DNA from: an uncultured Candidatus Saccharibacteria bacterium
GTDB taxonomy: Bacteria > Patescibacteriota > Saccharimonadia > Saccharimonadales > Saccharimonadaceae
Direction: 5' to 3'
NCBI GenBank assembly: GCA_938030095.1
Contig: CALHGK010000010.1
Coordinates: 71,975-135,974 of the forward strand
Length of the DNA: 64,000 nt
Shown: positions 19,360 through 28,525 of the stretch, one piece after another
Numbering within the stretch: the stretch's first letter is position 1
Layout of the letters: each line of letters opens with the position of its first letter
Notes under the pieces: model-generated
Databases searched by the model: none
What the model saw: only the letters and a program-made list of their open reading frames with translations
Told to the model about the DNA's origin: nothing
Made by a program: the position numbers and the translations under genes

Positions 19360-20463
19360 ATGAGTTTTCATATTGCAATCGACGCCCGCGTTATCAATTC
19401 TGGCACAGGCACATACGTCGTGAAGCTGCTCGAGCAGCTGGAGCGGCTTGATACAACCAACCGTTATAGCATCCTCGTCCCCACCAAGGATCGCGACTAT
19501 TGGCAGCCACACAACCCCAACTTCACCATCCGCACGGTCGACTTTGCTAATTATTCGCTGGCAGAGCAGCTAGGCTTCCGCCGCTATCTGGATGAGCTAA
19601 AGCCCGACTTAGTACACTTTTGTATGCCGCAGCAGCCGGTTTTTTACAGAGGTAAACACGTCACAACGGTGCATGATATGACCCTCCTCAAGACGTATAA
19701 TTCCGATAAAAATTGGCTCGTGTTTCATCTTAAGCAATTGGTGGGACGCTGGGTGTTTCGGCGGATTGCCCGCACCAGCGAACATATCATCACTATTTCT
19801 CAGACGACTAAGCAAGAATATCAGGACTTTACTAAGATCCCCGATAGCAAAATCTCGGTCATCTACGAAGCGGGCGAGGTACACCCTGGTCAGCTCACGC
19901 CATATATAGACCTCCCCTTCAAGCGGTTCATCATCTACGTTGGGCAGCAGCCAGACTACAAGAATTTGCGTCGCCTCGCAGCCGCACACCAGCAGCTACT
20001 GAGCCGCTGGCCCGACCTTGGCCTGGTGTTTGTGGGGCGGATGAACGAAGACACCAAGCGCAACCAAGCCTACTACCAACAGCAGGGCTATCGCAATATC
20101 CACTTCACTGGGTTCATCCCCGATGGGCAGCGCGATTGGCTACTTAACAAAGCCGAGGCATACGTCTTTCCATCACTGATGGAGGGGTTTGGCCTGCCAC
20201 CGCTCGAAACGATGGCGTATGGCACGACCCCTGTTATATCGAGCAATACCTCGTGCATGCCCGAGATTTTGGGCGATGCTGCTGAGTACTTCGACCCACT
20301 CGACGTCGATGCCATCGCGAGCGCAATCGACCGTGTCCTCAGCCAGCCAGCTCGCCGCCGCGAACTCATCGTCAAAGGCAAAGCTCAAGCTGCCCGCTAC
20401 TCGTGGGAACGTTGTGGCAAGGAAACGTTGGCGGTGTATGAGCGAGCGCTTGGTAAGCAGTAA
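19360..20463 (+). CDS. glycosyltransferase family 4
   Basis: ORF 19315..20463, preferred ATG 19360 (MSFHIAIDARVINSGTG...); EGFGLPPLETMAYGTPVISS E-x7-E motif. Confidence 0.75.
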   Translation: MSFHIAIDARVINSGTGTYVVKLLEQLERLDTTNRYSILVPTKDRDYWQPHNPNFTIRTVDFANYSLAEQLGFRRYLDELKPDLVHFCMPQQPVFYRGKHVTTVHDMTLLKTYNSDKNWLVFHLKQLVGRWVFRRIARTSEHIITISQTTKQEYQDFTKIPDSKISVIYEAGEVHPGQLTPYIDLPFKRFIIYVGQQPDYKNLRRLAAAHQQLLSRWPDLGLVFVGRMNEDTKRNQAYYQQQGYRNIHFTGFIPDGQRDWLLNKAEAYVFPSLMEGFGLPPLETMAYGTTPVISSNTSCMPEILGDAAEYFDPLDVDAIASAIDRVLSQPARRRELIVKGKAQAARYSWERCGKETLAVYERALGKQ

Positions 20464-20549
20464 GTGTGATATATAAAATAACAGAGTAACCTATATATAG
20501 TAGCAGCTCCTATGGTTCAATACAGGACCTAAAGGAACTACTACTACGG

Positions 20550-21266
20550 CTACGCACGAGACATACTCGTCGCTCGTTCTACCAAGGCTTGCACAGCAGC
20601 ACCTCGAGCTTGTGCTATCTGTGATTCCTTCCACGAAGGATCGAGTAATATACCAAGGGCTGCTATATCATCCAATGATGGGTTATTCTTTTTTCTCACA
20701 TCTCCTACTGTTTGGTGTATATCTAGCTGACCACCCTCCACTGTTGAGAGTTTCATATGACCGATTGTCGGCTCCTCTGTCGTCAACCCTAATTCATACA
20801 GGTTATCAGAGGGTATATTCGTGTTCATGTCACACCCAGTTGTTTTTTTATTCATTGCAATATCTATACTTACTTCGCGGTAGAGTAATGACTCATGTTC
20901 ATTACTCTCTTTGTCGCATTCTTTTGCCACCCCTATTGTAATGTGTATACCTTCACCTGTTCCTTCATTCTGCGTTATATGGGCAGCTTTTTGCCTTACA
21001 TCTTGCAGAAAAGCCATAATAGTCTCGGACGCATTTTGCTCGGCAATGTTTGTAAGATCTTCCAAGGTGTAGGTTGTTATGTAGTTCTCTTGCCTACTAA
21101 TGTCATTGTATGGGTCACCATGGCGTATAAATGGCTTCTTATTAAGCCGTTTATCGACGAGGTTATTGAAGTCTTCTGTTGCTAGTTCCTTTGTTTTTTC
21201 CTGTTTATAATATAGGTCTTCATAACTTGGCATAGGGGGTTCCTTGTGGCTCTTAGTCTGTAACAA
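20550..21266 (-). CDS. hypothetical acidic protein, no recognisable domain; locally AT-rich
   Basis: 238 aa ORF (alternative start 21233 MPSYEDLYY); composition visibly AT-richer than neighbours. Confidence 0.4.
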   Translation of the reverse strand: MLQTKSHKEPPMPSYEDLYYKQEKTKELATEDFNNLVDKRLNKKPFIRHGDPYNDISRQENYITTYTLEDLTNIAEQNASETIMAFLQDVRQKAAHITQNEGTGEGIHITIGVAKECDKESNEHESLLYREVSIDIAMNKKTTGCDMNTNIPSDNLYELGLTTEEPTIGHMKLSTVEGGQLDIHQTVGDVRKKNNPSLDDIAALGILLDPSWKESQIAQARGAAVQALVERATSMSRA

Positions 21267-21404
21267 TTGTTATGATACTTTTTTCTCTCTGCAGTGCCAA
21301 ACGGTTAATCTACTAAGAATGCCGTCTTTTCTTAAAAGATATGTAGAGTAAGGGATGAATGTTCTTTAGTGTTCTACTCCCCTGTTGTGTGTAGACTTTT
21401 ACTT

Positions 21405-21869
21405 TTACTCAGCTTCTTCCAGCTGGATGATCACATGGCGCTCGCGGCCTTCGCCTTCGGAGACGGTCGTGATACCCGCTGCGTCGGCAGCGACTTGGTG
21501 AACGATACGTCGGTCGGCTGGGTTGAGATGGGCAGTGTAGGATTCGCCAGTTGCACGCACGCGCTCGATCCAGCCGCGGGCTTTATCGGCAACCTTCTCC
21601 TCGTGCTGCTTTTTGTAGTCGGCAATATCAACACTCACGCGCACTATAGCTGCATGCTGCGCCCGCAGTGCCGACGAGACGATATATTGCAGCGCCCGCA
21701 GCGTCTCTGCTCCGCGGCCAATTAAGATGCTATTTATATCCGACGACTCCACCCGAAGTGTCATTACCTCGCCATCATCATCACCCGATACCGCAATATT
21801 TTCGCCAAAAAACGAGATGATGTTCTGGAGATATTCTCGGGCAAATGTTACTGATTGGTATCGATCCAT
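21405..21869 (-). CDS. jag: Jag/KhpB (EloR) RNA-binding protein, KH + R3H domains
   Basis: 154 aa; SILIGRGAETLRALQYIV (KH GxxG) and HLNPADRRIVHQVAA (R3H); directly downstream of yidC, the conserved arrangement. Confidence 0.75.
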   Translation of the reverse strand: MDRYQSVTFAREYLQNIISFFGENIAVSGDDDGEVMTLRVESSDINSILIGRGAETLRALQYIVSSALRAQHAAIVRVSVDIADYKKQHEEKVADKARGWIERVRATGESYTAHLNPADRRIVHQVAADAAGITTVSEGEGRERHVIIQLEEAE

Positions 21870-21886
21870 CGGGTTCTCCTCCTCTG

Positions 21887-22807
21887 TTATTCTTTGGCTT
21901 TGATGCGTGTGACGTTGGCTTCTGTAGCCGCTTTGGCGCGCTTCTTTGTCGACTTTTTCTTGGCGGGTGTTGTAATATCTACTTCATCGGCAATTGCTTC
22001 AAGCTCTTGCTTATCTTTGCGGAGGAGATACGACTGCTGCGCCACCGCTACTAAGTTAGACGCTGTGTAGTAGAGCGCCAACGCCCCTGGCAGACCCATC
22101 ATGATCATAAACATCATCACTGGCATAAACTTCGCCATATTACGCATCATTGCGGCGTTCATCTCGGCGGGGTCGGCCTCTTTGCCAGCGGCCGTCTCCT
22201 TCATGATATCGCGGAAACGTTTAGTGCTCTTGCCAGTTGGCATAGTTTGCTTGGTCATTACATACTGGGTGAGGGCTGAGATGATCGCAAGAGCGAGGAG
22301 TGGCCAGACAATACCATCCTTACCAAGCGCTACCTTGGTGAGGTCGATAAAGCCCAGCATGGTGTGGTTGAATTGCTCAGGGTGGTTGATGATCGTCTTA
22401 ATGGCATCGATATTCTTAAGCGGCTCGTAGATGTAGCGCGCCACTTGGTCGCGGTGAAGCGAAATGATCATAATCACCTGGTAGAGGCCGATAAAGATCG
22501 GAATCTGAATAAAGAGCAGGAGAATTGAGCGAAATGGCTTGATGCCGTACTTCTTATACAGCTCCATCTGCTGCATTGCTTCGACTTGGCGGTTGCCATT
22601 AGCCGCCTTCTTGATCTTGGCGAGCTCGGGCTGCATTTTGCGCATCTGTTTGCTCTGGTGGAGCTGCCGCTTGAGCAGTGGATAGAGCAAGAAGCGAATG
22701 ATAACCGTAAAGATAATCACTGCCACGCCAAAGTCACCACCAGGGATGATACTATAGATGAGCAAAAGTGCGTTAAAAATGGGCTGTAAAATTATTGTCT
22801 CAAACAT
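21887..22807 (-). CDS. yidC: membrane protein insertase YidC (short Gram-positive/Oxa1-type)
   Basis: ORF to 22849; preferred start MFETIILQPIFNALLLIYS at 22807; conserved PLLKRQLHQSKQMRKMQPELAKIKKA, YKKYGIKPF. Confidence 0.8.
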   Translation of the reverse strand: MFETIILQPIFNALLLIYSIIPGGDFGVAVIIFTVIIRFLLYPLLKRQLHQSKQMRKMQPELAKIKKAANGNRQVEAMQQMELYKKYGIKPFRSILLLFIQIPIFIGLYQVIMIISLHRDQVARYIYEPLKNIDAIKTIINHPEQFNHTMLGFIDLTKVALGKDGIVWPLLALAIISALTQYVMTKQTMPTGKSTKRFRDIMKETAAGKEADPAEMNAAMMRNMAKFMPVMMFMIMMGLPGALALYYTASNLVAVAQQSYLLRKDKQELEAIADEVDITTPAKKKSTKKRAKAATEANVTRIKAKE

Positions 22808-23118
22808 ATTGACTCCGATTACTGCATTTATTGTATCATAGGTGGCCACGGAAGATGAATTGTGGCGAAGTATTTTTGGAAATCAATCGTTGATATATGC
22901 GATACACTACTGCCAATACTACATATAAGAGTATTTATAACCTTAGAAAAGAACACTCACCCAGCTTGCCTTTCATTGATATAAAATGACAAGAAAATAA
23001 TTTTTTATAAATGTTTTGAGTTCTATTTACCACTGTTTATAAAGAACTATATGGTATTAATTTGACTCAAGGTACTATGAAATAGATCGCGCAAAGAAGG
23101 CCGAGAGGCTATAAAGTA

Positions 23119-23505
23119 CTAGTCTATCTTTTCTCTCTCATCGCTAGGCGCTGCGTCGCCAGGGCAAATACCAGCTCGCACAAGCAGATTTTTCACCACC
23201 AGCACAAGCTCATCGTGCGGCGTGGTAAGCACCTCGCTTGAGGTGATGATTAGTGCAACATCGTACACCCCTGTAAAGTGCGGTACGTGCTGGCGCAGAA
23301 TCTCGTAGACGCGGCGGCGAATGCGGTTGCGCCCCACCGCAGATTTGTGCACCTTTTTGCTCACCACCACGGCAATGCGTGGCATGCGCCGACGGCGATT
23401 AGCCACGTACTTGACGGTTAGCAAACGCGACCGCTCGGCACTGGCATGGCGATACAAATAGCGCAGCCCGCCATAGCCATGAAACCGATATCGTTGCTGT
23501 AACAT
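23119..23505 (-). CDS. rnpA: ribonuclease P protein component
   Basis: ORF to 23577; preferred start MLQQRYRFHG (23505); conserved RLLTVKY...RMPRIAVVVSKKVHKSAVGRNRIRRRVYE. Confidence 0.8.
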   Translation of the reverse strand: MLQQRYRFHGYGGLRYLYRHASAERSRLLTVKYVANRRRRMPRIAVVVSKKVHKSAVGRNRIRRRVYEILRQHVPHFTGVYDVALIITSSEVLTTPHDELVLVVKNLLVRAGICPGDAAPSDEREKID

Positions 23506-23592
23506 AGCTGTATTATAGCAAATCTGCCCGCAAACAGAGATAAAATAACCCACCAAGCAGTGGGTTATTTTCGTCATTTTGCTATCGTCACA

Positions 23593-23733
23593 CTACGAGA
23601 GTGCGAGGCGAGCACGGCCCTTGGCGCGGCGGCGCTTGAGCACATTGCGGCCTGCCTTGGTAGCAATCCGTGCCCGAAACCCGTGCGTCCGAGCACGATG
23701 ACGAGTGTGTGGTTGGTGAGTTCGTTTTGGCAT
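23593..23733 (-). CDS. rpmH: 50S ribosomal protein L34
   Basis: Hand-translated 46 aa: [46 protein letters not shown]. Too short for the ORF track; the overlapping 96-aa track ORF is the wrong frame. Confidence 0.85.
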   Translation of the reverse strand: MPKRTHQPHTRHRARTHGFRARIATKAGRNVLKRRRAKGRARLALS

Positions 23734-23834
23734 ATCATTGCTATTATACGCGATTGCCTCAGATCTTTCAACTTTTCACTCGCTTGGTGGATTTTGTGCT
23801 CCGAGCAACCTCCGTCATAAGCATAGCCAAATTG

Positions 23835-23959
23835 TTTATCCACATTTGTTCGCGAGTTATCCACACTTTAACAGAGGTAATACATTTTTGTGGAAAAACT
23901 CCACCCCTGTTGCTCTTTTTTCGCACATTTCGCTGTTGTATTTCTCACGGTTGTGGAAA
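23835..23959. promoter_or_regulatory. DnaA-box cluster upstream of dnaA (oriC / dnaA autoregulation region)
   Basis: TTATCCACA at 23835-23843 and 23856-23864; TGTGGAAAA (reverse TTTTCCACA) at 23888-23896 and 23951-23959. Confidence 0.75.
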
Positions 23960-24021
23960 AGTCGGTTTTTTCTTATACTAAAAAGAGTCATTGTATAACA
24001 AACAAGGAGCAGCAAAAACCA

Positions 24022-25404
24022 GTGTACCACAGCCTGTGGAAGAGTGTTTTGGGTGAAATTGAAGTGTCGATACCAAGCGGTGTTTTTTCGACGTGGTTTG
24101 CCAATACCGAGATGCTCAGCAACAAAGACGGGGTGATCACCATTGGTGTGGCGAATATCTTTGCGATTCGCCAGTTTGAGGTGCGCTATGATAGCATTGT
24201 CAAAGAAGCGCTCCAGCACAGTGGTGTGGAGGTGTCGCGCATCGCCTATGTGGTAAACAAACAAGGCAAAAAACGCACTGTGATTAGCCGCGAAACCACT
24301 GGCCAGCTAGCCGATCGCGTCGAGGAGCGAGCGGCAGCGCTCATCAGTAAGCCAACTACCTCATCACACTCTAGCTCTACCACACCAGCAACCAGCCTCA
24401 ATGCGCGCTATACCTTCCAGAATTTCATTGTCGGCTCGAGCAACGACCTCGCCTACACCGCCTGCCAAGCAGTCGCACATAGCCCTGGCACCAAATATAA
24501 TCCCCTCTTTATTTATGGTGGCGTTGGCCTTGGTAAGACGCACCTCATCCAAGCGGTAGGCAACGAGATCCTCGCGCGCGACCCAAGCAAAAAGGTCGCT
24601 TACCTGAGCTCGGAGACGTTTGTCAAAGAATTTATCGAGTCAATCCGCTTCAAAAAGGCTGGCTTTTCTGATCGGTATCGCAATGTCGATGTACTGATCG
24701 TCGACGATATGCAGTTTATTGCTGGGCGTGAGAAAACTCAAGAGGAGTTCTTTCACACCTTCAATACCCTCCACCAAGCTAATAAGCAAATTATCATCGG
24801 TAGCGACAAGCCACCGCACAGCATCCCTACCCTGACGGAGCGCTTGCGCAGCCGTTTTGAATGGGGAATGGCGATCGATATTCAGATGCCAGACTTTGAG
24901 ACGCGCTGCGCGATCGTCGAGACCAAGGCGAGCTTCGCTGGCGTAACGCTCGAGCGCGACACTGTGGAATACCTGGCCAAGAACGTCAAGACAAACATCC
25001 GCGAGCTTGAGGGTGCGCTCAATCAGCTCCTTGCCTATGCCGAAATGCGCGGCGTCACCCCTGATGTGATGACGGCAGAGGGTTTGCTTGGCAACGTCCG
25101 GCGCAGTCGCCCTCAGCATCTCACCGCCAAGCAGATTATCGACAAGACTGCTCGCCATTTCCAGATCGATAGCAAAGAAATCTGTGGTGCCAAGCGGGCT
25201 AAGCACATCGTTGTGCCACGGCAAATTGCCATGTACTTGCTGCGCAGCGAGCTCCACATGAGCTTTCCACAAATTGCTAATGAGCTAGGCCGCAAAGACC
25301 ACACGACCGCCATCCACTCAGTCGAAAAGATCGAAAAATCCATCAAGCTCGACTACCTCATCCGTGAGCAAGTCGCTGACATCCGGGACAAGCTCTATGC
25401 CTAG
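24022..25404 (+). CDS. dnaA: chromosomal replication initiator protein DnaA
   Basis: ORF from 23890; preferred GTG 24022 (VYHSLWKSVLGEI) 13 nt after AAGGAG; Walker A GGVGLGKTHL, AAA+ and C-terminal HTH (QIAMYLLRSEL...HTTAIHS). Confidence 0.9.
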   Translation: MYHSLWKSVLGEIEVSIPSGVFSTWFANTEMLSNKDGVITIGVANIFAIRQFEVRYDSIVKEALQHSGVEVSRIAYVVNKQGKKRTVISRETTGQLADRVEERAAALISKPTTSSHSSSTTPATSLNARYTFQNFIVGSSNDLAYTACQAVAHSPGTKYNPLFIYGGVGLGKTHLIQAVGNEILARDPSKKVAYLSSETFVKEFIESIRFKKAGFSDRYRNVDVLIVDDMQFIAGREKTQEEFFHTFNTLHQANKQIIIGSDKPPHSIPTLTERLRSRFEWGMAIDIQMPDFETRCAIVETKASFAGVTLERDTVEYLAKNVKTNIRELEGALNQLLAYAEMRGVTPDVMTAEGLLGNVRRSRPQHLTAKQIIDKTARHFQIDSKEICGAKRAKHIVVPRQIAMYLLRSELHMSFPQIANELGRKDHTTAIHSVEKIEKSIKLDYLIREQVADIRDKLYA

Positions 25405-25428
25405 GCCGTGTGTTTTTTTCGCTACACC

Positions 25429-25641
25429 TGTGGAAAAGTCGTGTATAGTGAGCCGTATAACCAGCGGACAGCTCGTGGGCAGCCATCCACAGCACCAAGA
25501 GCGCACCACCCTCCAGTCTCATTGGCTGGTGGATAACCACCGCTTCTCCCCGATTTATCCACGCCAGCGATCGCAGCGTTTTGCACAGATAGTTAGCAAG
25601 GATTACCTCTGTTATCTATCATGGTTTCCACAGTATCCACA
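25429..25641. promoter_or_regulatory. DnaA-box cluster in dnaA-dnaN intergenic region (second half of split oriC)
   Basis: TGTGGAAAA 25429-25437; GGTGGATAACC 25528-25538; TTATCCACG 25555-25563; GTTTCCACA 25624-25632; GTATCCACA 25633-25641. Confidence 0.7.
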
Positions 25642-25686
25642 GCACCTATTACTATATCAACCAGATAAAAAGAAAGGATTGTTGAT

Positions 25687-26787
25687 ATGAAACTGTCTGT
25701 CACACAAGAAAACCTTGCCAGAGCGCTCGGGGTTGTTGGGCGCGTGGCGAGTAACCGAGCCGGTCTGCCGATCTTGAATAATATATTATTCCGGACTGAG
25801 GGGAATCGCCTTCTCTTGGCTGCGACGAACCTAGAGATCGCCGCGACCTACTATGTGGGCGCAAAGGTGGAAACGCCGGGGGTGATTACCCTGCCGGCCA
25901 AGCTGGTGAGCGAATTTGTGGCGAACCTGCCGAAGGGGCCGATCGAGCTGGAGACCGATGGCACGCGTATGACACTGACGTCTGGTGGGTACACTTCGAC
26001 GATTAATGGTGTAGTAGCAGATGACTTTCCGGAGCTACCGACGATCGATGAAGAACAATCGGTACGCTATAGCATTGCTGCTGCAGATTTTAAGCAGGCG
26101 GCAGCGCAAACCTTAGTGACGTGTAGTAATGATACGACTCGGCCTGTCCTGACTGGTGTGTATTGGCATACAGTGGATGGTGCGCTGTATATGGCGGCGA
26201 CGGATGGCTATCGCCTGGCTGAGCGGCGTTTGATGGCAAGCCAGAGCCAGATTGCAGCTATTGTGCCAGCGAGCAGTTTGCAAGAAGCGCTACGCTCGCT
26301 CAGTGACGGCACGGAAGAAGTGGAGGTGCTCTTTGATGAGACGCAGGTGCGTTTTCGGTTGGAGGAAGTGGAGATTACGAGCCGCTTAATCGATGGCACC
26401 TACCCAAATTATCGGCAGCTCATCCCTGCTCAGTCCGAGACAAATGTAACGCTGGCAGCAGGCGATTTCTCGCGCGTAGTAAAGGTGGCAGGGCTCTTTG
26501 CGCGTGAGTCTGGTGGCAGTGTCACGCTTACCGCCGACCATGAGGTGCAGAAATTGCGGATTCACTCCGTTGCGTCCGAGCTGGGCGAAAATACTTCCGA
26601 GGCGGAAGCTGAGGTGTCGAGTGATGGGCAGATTACGCTCAATTCGCGGTACATTAGTGATGCACTAGGTGTTCTCGATGGCGAGACGATCACCTTCCGC
26701 TTTAGTGGTAAGCTCTCGCCCTGCGTCTTAACGGCCGCTCAGCCCGAGCCAAACTACATTCATATTATTATGCCACTGAAGAGCTAG
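25687..26787 (+). CDS. dnaN: DNA polymerase III beta sliding clamp
   Basis: 366 aa; MKLSVTQENLARALGVVGRVASNRAGLPILNNILF..., three-domain clamp pattern. Confidence 0.9.
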   Translation: MKLSVTQENLARALGVVGRVASNRAGLPILNNILFRTEGNRLLLAATNLEIAATYYVGAKVETPGVITLPAKLVSEFVANLPKGPIELETDGTRMTLTSGGYTSTINGVVADDFPELPTIDEEQSVRYSIAAADFKQAAAQTLVTCSNDTTRPVLTGVYWHTVDGALYMAATDGYRLAERRLMASQSQIAAIVPASSLQEALRSLSDGTEEVEVLFDETQVRFRLEEVEITSRLIDGTYPNYRQLIPAQSETNVTLAAGDFSRVVKVAGLFARESGGSVTLTADHEVQKLRIHSVASELGENTSEAEAEVSSDGQITLNSRYISDALGVLDGETITFRFSGKLSPCVLTAAQPEPNYIHIIMPLKS

Positions 26788-26789
26788 CG

Positions 26790-27788
26790 ATGAAGATAAC
26801 GCGGCTAGCAGTGCAGCATGTGCGAATCCATACGCTCAAGACGCTTGACCTTGAGCCAGGCACAACGCTGATTTCTGGCCCAAATGGCTCTGGCAAGACA
26901 TCACTTATCGAGGCGATCCATATCGCGCTGCGTGGGACGTCCTTTCGTGGTAGTGACGAGGCGGTCTGCCAGCATGAACAAAAAAGTTATACGATTGACC
27001 TTGCGACGGATGAGCAACATTACCGCGTCCAGTACGATCGCCGACATGAGACGAAGCGCAAGCGTTTTATCGTTGATGGCACAACCTATGGTCGCCTCCC
27101 CTATGGCAAAAAATATCCGATCGTCCTCTTCGAGCCAGATACGCTGCGGATCATTACTGGCTCGCCGCAGCGTCGGCGTGATTTTCTCGATACGCTCATC
27201 CAGCAATATGATGCGCAGTATAGCCACGAGCTGAGCCGCTACCACCGAGCACTGCAGCAGCGAAATAAATTGCTCAAAGACCCTGCTCTTAGTGATGCGG
27301 CACTTTTCTCGTGGAATCTTATCTTGAGTCAGTATGGTGCGTCGATCATTACCAAGCGCCAGCGGGTGCTGCGTTATCTTAGTGTAAAAAGCAGTGCTAT
27401 GTACCAAAGTATTGCGGGCGTGGCGGATAGTGTTGCGCTACACTACTCGGAGGAGCGTAGCATGACCGCGCAGCAGCTCCTCGCCGAATATGAGCAAAAA
27501 ACAGCGTATGATACAGTGGTTGGCGCAACGAGTATTGGTCCGCACCGACACGATATCACAGTATTATTCCGTGGTAATCTAGCAGCCAAGACTGCATCGC
27601 GGGGCGAAATCCGCACCATTGTGCTTGCTCTCAAATTTCTCGAAGCAGCCTACATCCAGCAGCAAACAGGCCAAGCGCCACTCATTCTGCTCGATGATGT
27701 CTTTGGCGAGCTCGACCAACAACGCCAGCAGCGTCTCCTCAGCGAATTCGTCGATAACCAGATTGTGATGACGAGTGCGGTGGGATAG
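26790..27788 (+). CDS. recF: DNA replication and repair protein RecF
   Basis: 332 aa; Walker A GPNGSGKTSLIEAI; C-terminal LLDDVFGELD signature. Confidence 0.85.
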   Translation: MKITRLAVQHVRIHTLKTLDLEPGTTLISGPNGSGKTSLIEAIHIALRGTSFRGSDEAVCQHEQKSYTIDLATDEQHYRVQYDRRHETKRKRFIVDGTTYGRLPYGKKYPIVLFEPDTLRIITGSPQRRRDFLDTLIQQYDAQYSHELSRYHRALQQRNKLLKDPALSDAALFSWNLILSQYGASIITKRQRVLRYLSVKSSAMYQSIAGVADSVALHYSEERSMTAQQLLAEYEQKTAYDTVVGATSIGPHRHDITVLFRGNLAAKTASRGEIRTIVLALKFLEAAYIQQQTGQAPLILLDDVFGELDQQRQQRLLSEFVDNQIVMTSAVG

Positions 27789-27796
27789 ACTTCGCC

Positions 27797-28525
27797 CTAT
27801 ATATCAGTGTACATATAGCACCATGGTGGATTATTGCCGCCACACGGAACAACACGCTTCTTTTCTAGTTCTTCGGTAGTGGGATATATTTTGCCATTGA
27901 TCTTTATGTCGTATTTATCAATATCTTTGTCGTGTTTCTTAATATAGTTGAGGGCTTGGTCGACTTGCGATTGGCTCGTTTTGTCTGTTGTGACGATGCA
28001 CACACCAAGCCGATTTGACCGGTCGGTCGTGCGGTATGGGTTGCAGGTAACAATATAGAACCAGCGCGAGTAGTGAGGAAGTTTATTAATAAGAGGGCTC
28101 TCTTGAGATATCTTTGCTCCTCCTTGTGTTGCTTCGTGGCCGCCGATTGCTTCGCGGATATCGTTGTATTTTTCCTTCTTCGCTTCTCTCTTCGCTTCCT
28201 CAGTTAGTGGCTTCATGGCAAAGAACAGCTTCTTTTCTTCGCCTGGCTTGAGGTCTAGCTTGACCTGGTGGTCGGCAAAGCCTTTAGCCCGAAATGTGTA
28301 TATATGCGACCCGCTCTTTACAGCGTGCTTTGCCCGCGTTGTTACCTTTTGGTCTTTGATTGTATCATACGAGACAGTAAGGCTATCGGGGATAGCATAG
28401 ACGAGGATAGTGCTATCGTATTTGAGATTATCAACAAAGCGATATATCGTAAAGGTAATCATGCCAATGGCAAGCAGGGCAAATAGTGCGATAATTTGGT
28501 TACGTTTTTGATTGAGTATTTCCAT
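27797..28525 (-). CDS. bitopic membrane protein, VirB8/PrgL-like position and topology (terminal gene of T4SS operon)
   Basis: 242 aa; short N-terminus, one TM (IIALFALLAIGMITFTIY), ~210-aa extracytoplasmic domain; last gene after the hydrolase genes as prgL/traH are in Gram-positive T4SS. Confidence 0.4.
   Translation of the reverse strand: MEILNQKRNQIIALFALLAIGMITFTIYRFVDNLKYDSTILVYAIPDSLTVSYDTIKDQKVTTRAKHAVKSGSHIYTFRAKGFADHQVKLDLKPGEEKKLFFAMKPLTEEAKREAKKEKYNDIREAIGGHEATQGGAKISQESPLINKLPHYSRWFYIVTCNPYRTTDRSNRLGVCIVTTDKTSQSQVDQALNYIKKHDKDIDKYDIKINGKIYPTTEELEKKRVVPCGGNNPPWCYMYTDI

Noticed and set aside
22808-23118. Expected yidD between rnpA and yidC
   Set aside because: No ORF of 60 aa or more with the YidD CxxC-type motif is present in this 310-bp AT-rich gap. 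I treat it as non-coding and possibly origin-associated.
23574-23864. 96-aa minus-strand ORF from the track overlapping the rpmH region
   Set aside because: It is the wrong frame. The true feature is the 46-aa L34 gene (23593-23733) in another frame, and the rest of this ORF would run through the DnaA-box cluster. On a first pass I suspected a frameshift in rpmH, but re-reading the sequence shows the L34 frame is intact.
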